From NCBI RefSeq assembly GCF_009914755.1, contig NC_060936.1: DNA of 64,000 nt; one strand, given 5' to 3'. The position numbers and the translations under genes are program-made. The notes beneath the pieces were generated by a model. It was not told the origin of the DNA. It ran no database searches and saw nothing but the letters and a program-made list of their open reading frames with translations. The stretch comes from the human T2T-CHM13v2.0 reference genome, Homo sapiens. Numbering within the stretch: position 1 is the first letter of the stretch; each line of letters begins with the position of its first letter. Below are positions 29,925 through 46,578 of this stretch, one piece after another.

Positions 29925-30359
29925 CCACTTACATAGCATTCTTGAAATGATAAAACTATAGAAAAGGAGAAGAGATGAGTGGGTACCAGGCTCTAGGAAC
30001 GGGAGGGGGTAGTTGCAGGAGGGAGGTGGGTGTGTTTATAAAAAGGCAGCACCAAGGATCCTGTGGGGATGGAACTGTTCTGTATCTTGAGAGTGGTGGT
30101 GGATAGAATTGCACAGGACTAAATACACACATGCACACACGCAAACAAGTACTGGGGAAATCTGAATGAGATTGATGGATTGCACCAATGTTAATGTGAT
30201 ATTTGTACTGAAGTTTGACAAGATACTACCATGGGAGACACAGATACTACCACTGGGGGACAGGTAAAGTGTACAGAGTTCCTCAGAAGTATTCCTTACA
30301 AGTGCATGTGAATCTACAACAATCTCAAAATTAAAAGTTTACTTAAAAATGTGTTTTAA

Positions 30360-30648
<289 letters not shown>

Positions 30649-31150
30649 TTAAATTAAATTTAGATGCAACTGTAGTCATTTTCACAGAAAAAACTGGGTT
30701 TTGGGAGGAGGGGAACAACACAAGCAGGAGTGAACTTTTTCTCTGAAGAAGTTGTTCACAGAATATTCTACCAGGTTATGGCCCTTTGCTGCACCAGAGG
30801 AGTTGACCAGCTGTGGAAACTGAGGGCAAACAAAGACTGTAGGTGGTGCTCATTAATATGACCACACATGTCAGTACCTGGCCACAGTGCATGCTGTGTC
30901 TCAACCACACAAGTTCAGGGCCAACGGCAATGTCCATTATCCTTGGCCCATCAGTGTGGAGCAAAGCACCTGGCACAAAGCAGTGATTCTACAAGGTTTT
31001 TATGGAATAAATAATGGATAATTAAGTCCTGATTTGGTTGGAAGAACATATTAACGTTCATAGATTTGGTTCAGGTTCAAAACGATTCATTATATGAGTT
31101 GTTTAGTAAAAGGTTACATAGCAAGTTTGAGTAGAGAATTTTGCAAATTC

Positions 31151-31563
<413 letters not shown>

Positions 31564-32274
31564 TCATGTGCTTTGCTTTGCTCCATGTTTTATGATTCCT
31601 ATATTGGTTTGAGTCTTTACTTTATATCATGCACACACAGATTATAATATAAGTGGTTTGCTATTTCTAACCTCTTGACTCTACCACTTGGAAAGAGTTT
31701 CACTCTCTGATTATCGTGTATGACTACTGGCTATTTGCTACTGCAGTTTTCCAGAAGTCTACAACAGGGTTAGAAAACAAACATAGATAAAAATGCCTTA
31801 CTTTTTACTAGGCACGAAATGTTCCATTCAGTTAAACCTGTAACTGGACTTGTGATGCTTGGGTTCCTACTTCACACAACCACAGAGAAAGCAGTTCTCT
31901 GGGGATCTCTAGCTGACTCCATTCTATGCACGGCTAGCCCAGGAGAATTGTCTTTCATTAAGCACATACTGAATCTGAAGGATGAGCTAGCTACACTCCA
32001 GGAACATATCGTCCGTGAATTCACTTTGCATTTTATCAACTCACTTTGCAGGATAAGGAAAGTGGGAAATGAAACTGCCAGAAAAATCTGATGTGATGTT
32101 GTTTTTAAACAGTCCAAGTCACAGTCCTTTCAAAAGAGGATGCTGCTTGCTGAAGCCTTCCTTGTCCACTCCAGTCCACACTGTTATCTCTCTCCCTTCT
32201 CTGAATTCTGACAGTATCTGTTGCTTAAATCACTCACATAAACATTCAATTGTAAATGATCTTGTGCTGTTACA

Positions 32275-32470
32275 GGGAGGCGGTATGGTGTACTGGAGGC
32301 AGACTGCTTGGATTCACATCTTGGCGCTGCTCCTTACGAGCTCTAAAGCCTTGGTTCTCACATTCATAAGCTAAGGATAACAATAGTACCCACCTCATAC
32401 TGTTGTTGAGGATTAAATGATGTAATATATGTAAAGCACTTATAAATAAGAGCTCGATAAATGTCTGCAC
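32275..32470 (+). mobile_element. MIR
   Basis: caatagtacccacctcatactgttgttgaggattaaatgatgtaatatatgtaaagcactt. Confidence 0.75.
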
Positions 32471-32890
32471 AAACAAAACAAAACCTAAAGTCTGTCTTCA
32501 CGTGGTATCTCTTTCTCCTTACCAGTAAGACTTCAGTAAGGATGTATGCTGTTATCCTGGAAAGTGTCCTAGTAAGGTGGAGGATGCATTTTGATGCCGT
32601 ATGTCATCATCACAAATTTTGTGAATAGGATTAGGATGAAAGTAGGAGCCTGTGGACAAGCTCTGGACCCCGGCCATCCCTCCCTCTCTGCCTCTGCTTG
32701 TGCTGTTCCTACCACTGCAGAGTCTGCAAACTTGCACAAGTGACAAGGGCACACTTCCTCCTTTTACACTAACCTCCAGCTCCTTTCATTCCCAAGGCCG
32801 TAGCTCCCATGTAGAATACACAGAGTCTTTTTGCTGGTACACTTTGACCAAAATATTCTACTTCTAGGAAGCTATGCTAAAGAAATAATA

Positions 32891-33181
32891 GGCTGGGTGT
32901 GGTGGCTCACGCCTGTAATCCCAGCACTTTGGGAGGCCGAGGCAGGTGGATCACGAGGTCAGGAGTTCAAGACCAGCCTGGCCAAGATGGTATAACCCCG
33001 TCTCTACTAAAAATACAGAAAATTAGCCAGGCCTGGTGGCACGCACCTATAACCCAGCTACTCTGGAGGCTGAGGCAGAGAATTGCTTAATACCTGGAGG
33101 GGCGGAGGTTGCAGTGAGCCGAGATTGTGCCACTGCTGTCCAGCCTGGCAAACAGGGCAAGACTCTGTCTCAAAAAAAAGA
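32891..33181 (+). mobile_element. Alu (AluSg-like)
   Basis: gatcacgaggtcaggagttcaagacc. TSD aaagaaataata. Confidence 0.93.
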
Positions 33182-33418
33182 AAAGAAATAATACAGGAAA
33201 ATACAGAAAAACTTTTACACACAAACATCACACATTTTGTCATTCTGAAAAAATTAAAACAATTCAAAGGATTATTTATTATGAAAAATCATGGACTGAT
33301 TATATAAATTATGATATATTCATAAAAAATGCAGTGCAGCTATTGACAATTATACTTAGGAAGAATATGTAATCATATGAAGAAATGTTTCTGTAATGAT
33401 ATTATAAAAATTATAACA

Positions 33419-33913
<495 letters not shown>

Positions 33914-35433
33914 CTAGAAACAACCCAATTGTCATTCCACAACAGAATGGATAAAGAAATTGTTGTACAGTTATTTCACAATTAAGGTCAGTCATTTGTT
34001 GCCAAAAATCAAATGTTCCATGTGAAAATGCTAACAGGGAGCCTGTTATCTTAACTCATTTTGCAAAGTAGGGTTTTTCTGTTATGTGTATCAAACCTAA
34101 TACTGACTGCTACAGAGCCTAACAAAATGCCCCATGCAAAGTATCACAAATGTCGATATCTTCTGTCCCACCCCACCCCCGGAAAATATTCAGGGCAAAA
34201 TGGTCAACAGAAGTCCAAAATATTTTGCTACTGAAGAGTAAGAGAAACATCTTTCTCCACTTCTTCTGTGTCTTCCTATAGCATCTCTATAGGACTTTGC
34301 ACAGAGCCAGTAAATTGCAATAGTTATTTATTTTGCCTACGTCTTCTGCACCAGACACTGTCAATACATCAACTGAGTTACTGCCAAACTCTTGCCCCCC
34401 CATCTCTATGATGGAAGGTGCTATGATTTTCCCAATATCCGGAGTAGCAACCAGGACATCTGAATAGATCAAGTGATTTGACCAAAGGTACTCAGCTAAT
34501 AAATGGCAAAATTATTGTCCAAATTCCAGGTCTAAGCTTATTTACTAGGTGCATATCCTTGGATGAGCTCTTTAATCTTTATAAGCCTCAGTTTCCTCAA
34601 TTGTAGAATGGAATTTGCAATTGTAGAATTGCAATTGTAGAATGGAATTGCAGATGGAATTCTAAAAATTATACCCATTAAACGATAACTATCTCTTGAC
34701 TAAAAGTCAAGGCTGGCACTGCTGAGAATATGAACAGGGAAGAATCTCAGTGCATCTGCAGAGTACACTGTTGCAGGTTCCCTCTCAAAACATTTAACTT
34801 AAATGAGCCTGACTTGTCCTCATTCCCTGTCCAGCCTTTCCCTGCTTCTCCATAACAGTTTAACACACATCCACTATTACTAATATTCCCATGAAGATGA
34901 TTTCTACATTCTAAGCCTCTTGTTTCCTGTTCTTCCCATGAAGAAAGAAAACGAAGCTTTTGAAATTCAAAATTATATCATCATGACTTTACCCTTTATC
35001 TGAAGGCTCCTTGTAAATCTTTTCCATCATTTCTAAGCACTTCTAGATTTTCAGTTTTGCATGTCAAGTTTCACAAAATTAGAAGTCAATTCTCCTATCA
35101 CGTTGGAAGTGAAGGTTCAATTTCCTGCGAGTATTTAGAAGTCCTCACTGTCCTAGCTGACAGTTTTGAAAGGTATTCTATAGTTCTGTTATTTCTCACT
35201 GCTTCTTCCTACATCAGCTGTGGCTGATGCACTCCCAGTTAATATTTCTGACATTCTATTGATTTTCTTCCATTAGAAGGAATGTCTTTCACAAAAGGAG
35301 AAGAATGCTATACAAGGCACAAGATTTAAAGTATGTAATATAATACCATGGAGTGTAGGATACCCAGCAGGCAAGTACACCCACTAACATGCATGTACAC
35401 ACACATACAAAGGAATTAGTAGAAGTTATCAGG

Positions 35434-35811
<378 letters not shown>

Positions 35812-36259
35812 TTAGCAGGATTTGGTCATTTGGAGTTTACAACAACAACAAGCTTCCTTTTCAATTGCTAAAAGGAACTGAGGTAACGGAAAAAACAAAT
35901 ACAAGATCCAAGAAGATGCTGACCAATTTATAGAGCTCTATTTTGAATTTCTGCTTCAATGAAAGAGACAGAAAATCCATAAATTTCATTGCTGCTTCTT
36001 GACACTCACGATTGCAAAACCATTCTCTGGATAAAGCTCTACTGAGATGGGGCTTTTCCCATTGTCCATTGTTTACCTCTAATCCTTTTACAAAGGGAAT
36101 CGTACTTTCCACAATCCAAAAATGTCAGAATGTTTTACATATAACCAATTAGAAGACAGATGATTAGAATATGGATTATTCATAAAACCCCAGCCCAGGA
36201 CCTATTTAAACTACTATGCTTTAAATATTTTCCCTCATTTAGATATCAAGATGAAGTGT

Positions 36260-36470
36260 ACAATAAATGATTGTCTGAATCTGCATACTGAATACAGTAG
36301 ATGCTGGTCACATGAGCGCACCGAGGACTCGAAATGTACCTATTGTGACTGAGGAACTGAGTTTTAAATCTTACTTAATTTTAATTAATTTACACCTTAA
36401 AGACAGTACAAACAAAAGAAGGTAAAATATCTCATAAATATTCTATACTGACTACATGTCAATATGAATC
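36260..36470 (+). mobile_element. MER3/MER33-like hAT fossil
   Basis: gaaatgtacctattgtgactgaggaactgagttttaaatcttacttaattttaattaattta. Confidence 0.6.
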
Positions 36471-36978
36471 ACAGAGCCCATGTTTAATTATCAAAATGTC
36501 AAAACACAGAGACTGACAAGTATTCTTCACATCTCATTATATAAAATGAGCCAAACATGAGCTAAACATACAAATACTAGTACTATACATGGCTCTGGGA
36601 GGGATCCCAAGGGATCTCTCAGGTTTAAATTAATCCTCCTTCCCTGGTAGCATCTTATGTATAGCTTTAGCATCATACTTACCACAGTGTAATTTATGTG
36701 AAGTAAATTGTACGTACGTCTACCACGCCTCCCTTTAGTAGACTGTAATCTTTTTAAAATAGAGGACTTACTTGCTCATTCTAAAAATCCATCAGTCCCC
36801 AGCATGGTTGTTATATTGGAAATCCTTCCATAAATGTTTGAGGATTTAAATACAGTGTGTACTAATATTTTTTAAACATTCGTTTTTCTATAAAAGCAAG
36901 CCTAAAACTAATATTAAGGTCATACTCATGGAGGAAAAGATGCAGTATCAAACAAATGTCAGTTTTCCCTAAAAGTCA

Positions 36979-37732
<754 letters not shown>

Positions 37733-37990
37733 CTACCAGGTAGCCAGACATTTTATTGGCAATAGTTCAGGTGATTAGGAATTGGCACAGAGACCCAGGA
37801 AGAGAGAGCTCAGAAACAGGCTCATGCACATATGAAAGCACAATCTAGGATGGAGGTGGCATCAGAAATCAATGTGGAAAGGAAATAATTGGTAGTTCAT
37901 ATTGAAAAGAGTGAAACTGCAGTAGATCCCTGAATACCAAACCAAAATTTAAAATGCAGGTGCAATTGTTTCATCTCAGAACATTCTTGG

Positions 37991-38352
37991 TTTTTTTTGC
38001 TGTTGCTGTTTTTGCTTGTTTTGCTTTTTTTGAGACGGAGCCTCACTCTGTTGCCCAGGCTGGAGGGCAGTAGAGCAATCTCTGCTCATTGCAACCTCCA
38101 CCTCCGGGGTTCAAGCGATTCTCCTGCCTCAGCCTCCTGAGTAGCTGGGATTACAGGTGCCCACCACCATGCCCGGCTAATTTTTGTATTACAGGTGCAC
38201 ACTGCCACCCCCAGCTAATTTTTGTATTTTTTGTAGAGACGGGGGTTTCACCATGTTGCCCAAGCTGGTCTAAAACTCCCGATCTCAACTGATCTGCCCG
38301 CCTCAGCCTCCCAAAGTGCTGGGATTACAGGCGTGAGTCACTGTGCCCAGCC
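37991..38352 (-). mobile_element. Alu with a 38-bp internal duplication
   Basis: attacaggtgc...gctaatttttgt occurs twice (38150-38187, 38188-38225). Confidence 0.9.
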
Positions 38353-39182
38353 CACATTTTCTATTATTGATAATTCATTGGGAATTCTAGATGGACTGTA
38401 TAATACATAAATTATACATTGATATCCATTGTTCCTACTTGATCAATAAATAGGAATAAATTAAGAACAATAAAAGGAACAAATGATTTTTAAGAAACTA
38501 TCTTGAAGAGGCCTACACCACAGGGTACAAAAACACATTTTTTTCCTTCTTTAAAGTACTGAATCAAGCAAAAGTCCCTTATGGCTTTATAAAGGTCACA
38601 CTTTTAGAATGGAGCTGGAGGCCATCAAATATACAGAGGGACTCCATGACTGTGCAAAGTACTTCTAAAGACTTCTTTGAAGCTAACTCTATAAAGCTGA
38701 AACCAAAATCCAGCCAAACAATGACTGCTCTGGTGCTGTTAACAGCACCTCTCCACTCATCTCCATCTGGGCTGTTAACCGAGCGCAGCTTGGCTTTATC
38801 TTAATTCACCCGGATCGAAGCGGGTTAATTCTCAGCGTAACCCCATGCATCAGACATTCCTAGCATTCAACATCAGCATGAACACAGCTCTCTGAATGCC
38901 ACATAGTTTCCTTACACTTCCGTATGCCTGAACCTGTGGTCCAAATTTTTCCCTGACTTCAAAGGAGGTCAAAATCCCAAAACTGGGCTTTGATGGGGAA
39001 AAAATGTTCCAAAGACGTCATACACCTAGAACATGTTTCACACACGTGCTAGATCATCTCTCCAGAGAGTTTATTTCCTGCTTGAAAGTGGTTTCACCTG
39101 TTTTTCTAGGTCTCCTTCTTGGATTCTCCTGTTTGATGCTGCGGCGATCTCATAACAGAAATGTGATATTGCTATAACTATT

Positions 39183-39890
<708 letters not shown>

Positions 39891-42800
39891 CCACTCATGC
39901 GATGATGAACTTGGCAAATGTATGGAAGCAGCTGTGCCTGGAGATAAGGGGGAATAGCAGCTGGGGAATGAGAGAGTAGGGATCTTGAAACCTACAAAGA
40001 AACTCCACATTCCTGGGAAAATAAAGCCCTGATTTCCTTTGTTGAAATCTGCTCATTTTGATTAGGTACTTTCTTAAACCCCTACTTTAATTTTGCATAG
40101 AGATAGAGCTACATAAAAATTTCCATCCAAAGAGATAACTAAAGAGGTAATGACCCATAGAATGTCTTTAACAGCTCTTCCTAGTATGCAGTCTTCTTTT
40201 CTTAAGAACAGCTACAATTCTCAATATGCCATTTCTCTGCATAAAGTATATGTGCACAGCCTGTGATATATGAATAGAAAGGGAGAGTGTGGGGAGAGGA
40301 ACAGAGGAGATGAGGGAACAAAGGAAGGCAGTGAATGGAGATTTTTAAAGAAAGAAGTTCAGTGTGAAAAATACACACAAACTCCTGAGAGGTAGGAATG
40401 TACTGCAAAGATGCTTCTCTGAATGAGAAGCCAGGGCAGGCCCAACCAAGTGAATTTCTGGTATGAAAAGAGGTACCAGGAAGGAAAAAGAAGTATAAAG
40501 TTTTTAATAAGACCAAGTGATTCAGTTTTGAAATGAGATATAATCTAACTTAAAGGACTTGGGAGACAAGTGAGAACGTGGAGTTATCAGTGGAGACAGT
40601 ACCATAGCAGCTGGGGGCAGAAAGTTCTGCCTTTGTCTGTGGGTTTTGCAGGTCAAATAAACAGTATCCCCAAAGATTCAAACCTGAGGCTCGCAAAGGA
40701 CTCTCCAGTTCCAGATTCTGGTGTTAAAAGTCTGTATCATGCCTAAATAAATATATTTAAAGAGCTGTGGCCAAAGATGTGGTTTTATAATTACATATTG
40801 ATTTATATTGGATTTCTTGGTTGGCTGCAGAGTTTGGAATCTTTCCAGCATTACTTTCTTGCCAATTTCTAGGTAGCTTATAGCAATTTCAAAGTACCTC
40901 CAATTATACATTTTCAACAGATGGGATTATTAAATGCTTAGTGCAAACAATGATCCATAGATGTGTTACCACCCACCAGTAGACAAAGCCGAGCTTCTCT
41001 CTGCTCCACTCTCATTCCAATAAATATTTACATCCTTCCATTTACTCATTTCAAGACTGTAGGATATGGAATTTCATTGCTCTTTTAAGGTGAGTGCAAG
41101 AAATTGTTAATGGTTTCTGGATTTTCCAATTAACTTGCTCTCAGAAGAATTTATCTTTAGTATAAATAACAGAATGGTTCATGGTCTGTAGATATTTTCA
41201 TCTACACATCCAAGTATGGTATCAATTTTTAAGTAGGAAACTTTTTTTTTTTAAGCATTTATACTTTTAAAGCCTAGACTGTAGAACTTTTCAGAACAAG
41301 GTGTGTGGTCCAGCCTTCTTTTTCAGATGAGGAAACTTGAGGCACAGATATGTAAAATGGCTTGCTACTTGGTAGCAGAGCTGAAGGAATAGGCAGTAGA
41401 AGAGGGAGAAGAGACTCTGCAGTTCGTGTGGGCACCTGCTGGGTGGCCAAGTTCTCATCTTTGTGGCTTCACAAACACACACCTTGCAGCCAGCATCCTT
41501 GTCACAAACTCAGGCTAGCAAGGCTGAGACGGAGACAGGTTAGGACAGTGGCCCGCTGTCATTCACAGTAAGTGATTTAAACCCAAGTCTGTCTGATACC
41601 CCAGACCAACCCTTTTCCATTTCCCTACACTGTTCCCTAAACAGAACCAAGTTATATTATTGAGTTTAAAACTGATATTTATAATGGCATTAGATAAAGT
41701 TAGATTCAATAGCTTCTCCAAACCCTAGGTTTATTTCCTAGTATTCAATCTCTGAATTGTTATTGGTTTCTGTTTTGGCAGCATAACTGACATTTACTTA
41801 AGAAAATATGAATTAATACATATTTAGGTGTAAATCAAGTGAAAGCCTAGCTGTTTGACCTTAATTAATCATTAATGGAAAAAATTCCCTCATCCTTTGA
41901 GCCTTTCTATTTTGAATGCAATTATTTAAATGAAAATGTAGGGCAGTCCTCTTTACCATGTCTTACCCGAATAGGAAATTCACGGAGTGTATCTCATACG
42001 TCCATCCCCAGTGTTCACGGTGAGAGACATGAAAAGGTACAAGAATCAGTCAGCTAGTAAGTGATTCAAACTCAAGACCACCTGACACCCGAAACCAAGC
42101 CTTTTTATTATCTAACGTTTCCCAGGTAAAGGAAGAAATACATACAAGGATGTATAGAATGCACCTTTAAGACATTATCAAGCATATTCAGATGTAAAAG
42201 CTTCTTAGAACCTTGTGCACTGGTATTCAATTTCTGTGAAGCTATTCGTTAGAAATAGTTTTACTTAGCAGAGAGAAAAAAATTATAGTTATTTGATATA
42301 GTTAGGTAATTAATTACTCACCCACAGCTAAACTCGCTGCCAAACACAGGTGGACCACAGGGCTATGAGGCCTAATGCTTCACACCTATTAACCCAAAAT
42401 GCAGTGGACACAAAGGGCATCCTTAACCCCCATATGGTAATTCTGAACTGCACGAGCAATTAAGTAAGAGTGTGACCTATTACCACTGACATAAAAACAG
42501 CTCAAAGGCCATGTACTATTTACTATTCATAGGCGTCCCGTGGCATACATTGGTTTTCAAAAGACAGCAGGTGACATTCATCAGCAGACTTTCTGTGTCC
42601 CTCTGCTCACACTTACAGCACAATTTTAGAGTCTCAGGTTAAGGCTGTTTTTCCTTAACAATACTCAATTTTCTTCTGAATCACTGAGAAAATCTAAGTC
42701 TACCGTGGGGTCATCCTCAGTAGACTGGAAATGGGGAAGAGAATGTGAGCTTCTTTTGTTTTTATATCCTCCTGTCCATAATTAGGCAATATTTTTAAAA

Positions 42801-43559
42801 GAGAAAAACAAAAACGTTCCAAGCACAATAACCTTGATGCCGTTCTGTAATCCAGAGTGGCATACTGGCAAACTGGGTTATTATTCTTTTTTAATTTCAG
42901 ATAACCTTCTCTCAATTGTCAAGGGTATATTCAGCAAATCAAATCGACTTCCCTCAGCATCATAAATCCCATTTGTATCCTAGTAGAAACACACATTTCC
43001 TGAGAAAGGGAGCTGGGTCTTAAAAAAGGAAGTTGAAGTTTTTAAGCTGGAGATAAGGCATTTCAAAAGGGAAGAAACTTTTGGCAGGACTCGAGTGCAT
43101 CCTGCACTAATGGAAATTGGAAACCCATCCTTCATTTCATGAACATTACTATACAAAATGTAAAACATATTGGTACCACAGCAACCAACTCTGCATAATG
43201 TACTTGCAGCTTCAAATGGCAACCCTGGGGGAGATAAAAGTTGATTTTTTTTTTTTGCTATCATGAAATGTTGGAATTTCTTAATTCCACAGATATTAGC
43301 AAGTGTATATTTCATGCCAGGAAATGTTCTTGGCTCCAAGGATATAGCAGTGAACACAATTAGGTTGCTGGCTTCATGGAGTTATATTTGGAGGTGGGAA
43401 ATTTTAAAAATTACTGTATAATATAGCAGATTAGAATATATAGGGATGGTATAATATATATTATGGTATATTAGTATATATATTTATCATTATTACATGT
43501 GTCACATATAGAAACATAGTATATAATACCATATTATGCAATATAACAAAATATGTCAG

Positions 43560-44010
43560 GTAGATATAGATCATATCAGATGCTAGTAAATTTTAGAAAG
43601 CAGAGAAAAGGGGATAGATGAGTGTTGCATTTCTGAATAATATGTTTTGGGAAGTTCTCATGGATAGGCTGGGACACCTAACTAGAGAACTGAAGGAAGT
43701 GAGGGGGTGATACATGTAGAATATCTAGAAAAAGACCATTCTAGGCAAAAGGACCAGCAAGTGCAAAAGCTCCAAGGAAGGGGAGCACTTGATCCATTTG
43801 AGGAACAACAGCAAGAAAACCAGCATGGGTGGAGCAGAGTGAGCCGAGCAGGAGAGCGGGGAGGGTGGAGATGAGGTCAGAGAAGCAGCCTGGGGTTAGA
43901 AGAACAGCAGCGCAGATCCTGTGGCATTTTCTGGCAGAGTAAGGACTTTTTATGGGGGGGCCAGGGTGGAAGCTGGGAGGCTGATCAGGAGGCTATTGAA
44001 ACAGTTCAAC
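43560..44010 (-). mobile_element. L2 fragment
   Basis: cattctaggcaaaaggaccagcaagtgcaaaagc...gagatgaggtcagagaag...caggaggctattgaaacagttca. Confidence 0.65.
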
Positions 44011-44076
44011 GTTTCTCTGCATCTGTCCCAGACCGTTCCCTTCCCATCTTGCTTTCTCTCCCAGACCACTGCTGGC

Positions 44077-44826
<750 letters not shown>

Positions 44827-45414
44827 TAGTTGCTTAAGACTTCTCTTGGGAGTGTCCCTCCTTTAACACCTCACATCCAGGGACTCACATCCAGAGTCCT
44901 GTTGCCGCAGACGCATTTCATTTCCTTTCATGATAACACAGAGGAGTAGAAGGGGCCAAAGGCATAGGAGGAAAACAAGAAAATACAGTGTCACCGGAAC
45001 CAGGGGAAGTGTGTTGATAAAAGCAGTGGTTAGCATGTACTTCTCACTGTAGCAGACACTATGCTCACCACTTCCCACAAACTATGTCATTTAGACCTCG
45101 CTACAATCTGAGGAGGAAGGTGCTACGCCCATTTTGCAAATAATTTAGAGAAGTAAATTTCCCAAGGTCACAGTGTGTACTAAATCCCCTAAGAGAAATA
45201 AATTGAGTCTGAAAAACTCAAGTCCACTGAACTGAGTCATGTGGAGACCACCGGTGACCTTAACAAAAACCTGGCCAGTGTCCAGCCGGAAGAAGAGTGA
45301 GAAACAAGAGGGAGATGAGAAAATAAGGACAGGAAGTTAGCCAACTCTCTCCAGGGTTGGCCTGCAAAGCAGACGAGGAGGAAGATAAGGCTATAGTTGA
45401 AGGGAGGGCAGAGG

Positions 45415-45549
45415 GGCTGGGCACGGTGGCTCACGCCTGTAATCCCAACACTTTGGGAGGCTGAGGTGGGTGGATAACTTGAGGCCAGGAGTTCCAGACC
45501 AGCCTGGCCCACATGGCGAAAGCTTGTCTCAAAAATAAAAACTAAAAAA
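45415..45549 (+). mobile_element. Left Alu monomer (FLAM-like or truncated Alu)
   Basis: Left arm followed by an A-rich end. Confidence 0.82.
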
Positions 45550-46241
45550 GAGAGTGCTGGGGGAGTGTCTAGGGAAGGTTTTATTTTAGGTGACAACAAA
45601 GTAATTTAAATTTCTAAAACTCAACCCCTTTGCAGAGTGTGGGTTAGCATGTCTATGTGAGCAATCAGCACAGAGAAGGTATTTGTTTTCTCTGCTTCCT
45701 GCTCCAAGGAAATTCAGATTTTGCTTATGAGTTTGGTTTAAAAAATCATTGGCTATGCATAAAATTTGCGTCCCATATCCTAGAAGATGGGAAAAGCTAT
45801 AGAACAGAAGGTGTATAACTGGGTCAACAAAATAAACAAAAAGAGGATCTACTCTGGTTTTCTTGGGAAGCTGAAAAATCAGTGCTTTAGAAAAAACCAG
45901 TCAAGCCAGACTATTCTGTCACAATGTGGTGGAGAAACCCCAACACTGAACCCAAAAGCAGATGACCTAGTGGGCTGCTCTTTCCGGCCAGCCACTGTCT
46001 AGCTTTGTCATCTTGTATAAGTCACTCAATTCAGGGTCAGCATCCTCTGTGGATCAAGGAGCTAATATTTATTATGCCACACTTGGTTCTGGGCAGAATC
46101 AAACAACTGAATCAGCCAGAAGATTGACAGAGGATGCATGATTTCAAACAACTGAAATCAGCCAGTAAAAACGCTTTATACAAATGCAAGGTATTCCCAA
46201 TATCTATCATAATTGAAGGTAAGCATTAAAAGATACTTATG

Positions 46242-46578
<337 letters not shown>

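Larger units (their letters stand above)
28620..30345 (+). mobile_element. L1MC-type LINE 3' segment interrupted by two Alus
   Basis: attagggaaatgcaaattaaaaccacaatgagat, ggatgtggagaaact, ccataccatggaata, then a 3' UTR ending gcatgtgaatctacaacaatctcaaaattaaaag. Confidence 0.8.

Noticed and set aside
28620-30345. L1 as a potentially active element
   Set aside because: Old L1M-type 3' fragment, heavily diverged, split by Alus, with no ORF.
43410-43560. AT-rich alternating tract
   Set aside because: Low-complexity decayed (AT)n inside an L2, with no specific structure.
46099-46165. Repeat-spacer-repeat resembling a CRISPR unit
   Set aside because: Only two repeats, mammalian genomic context and no cas genes.
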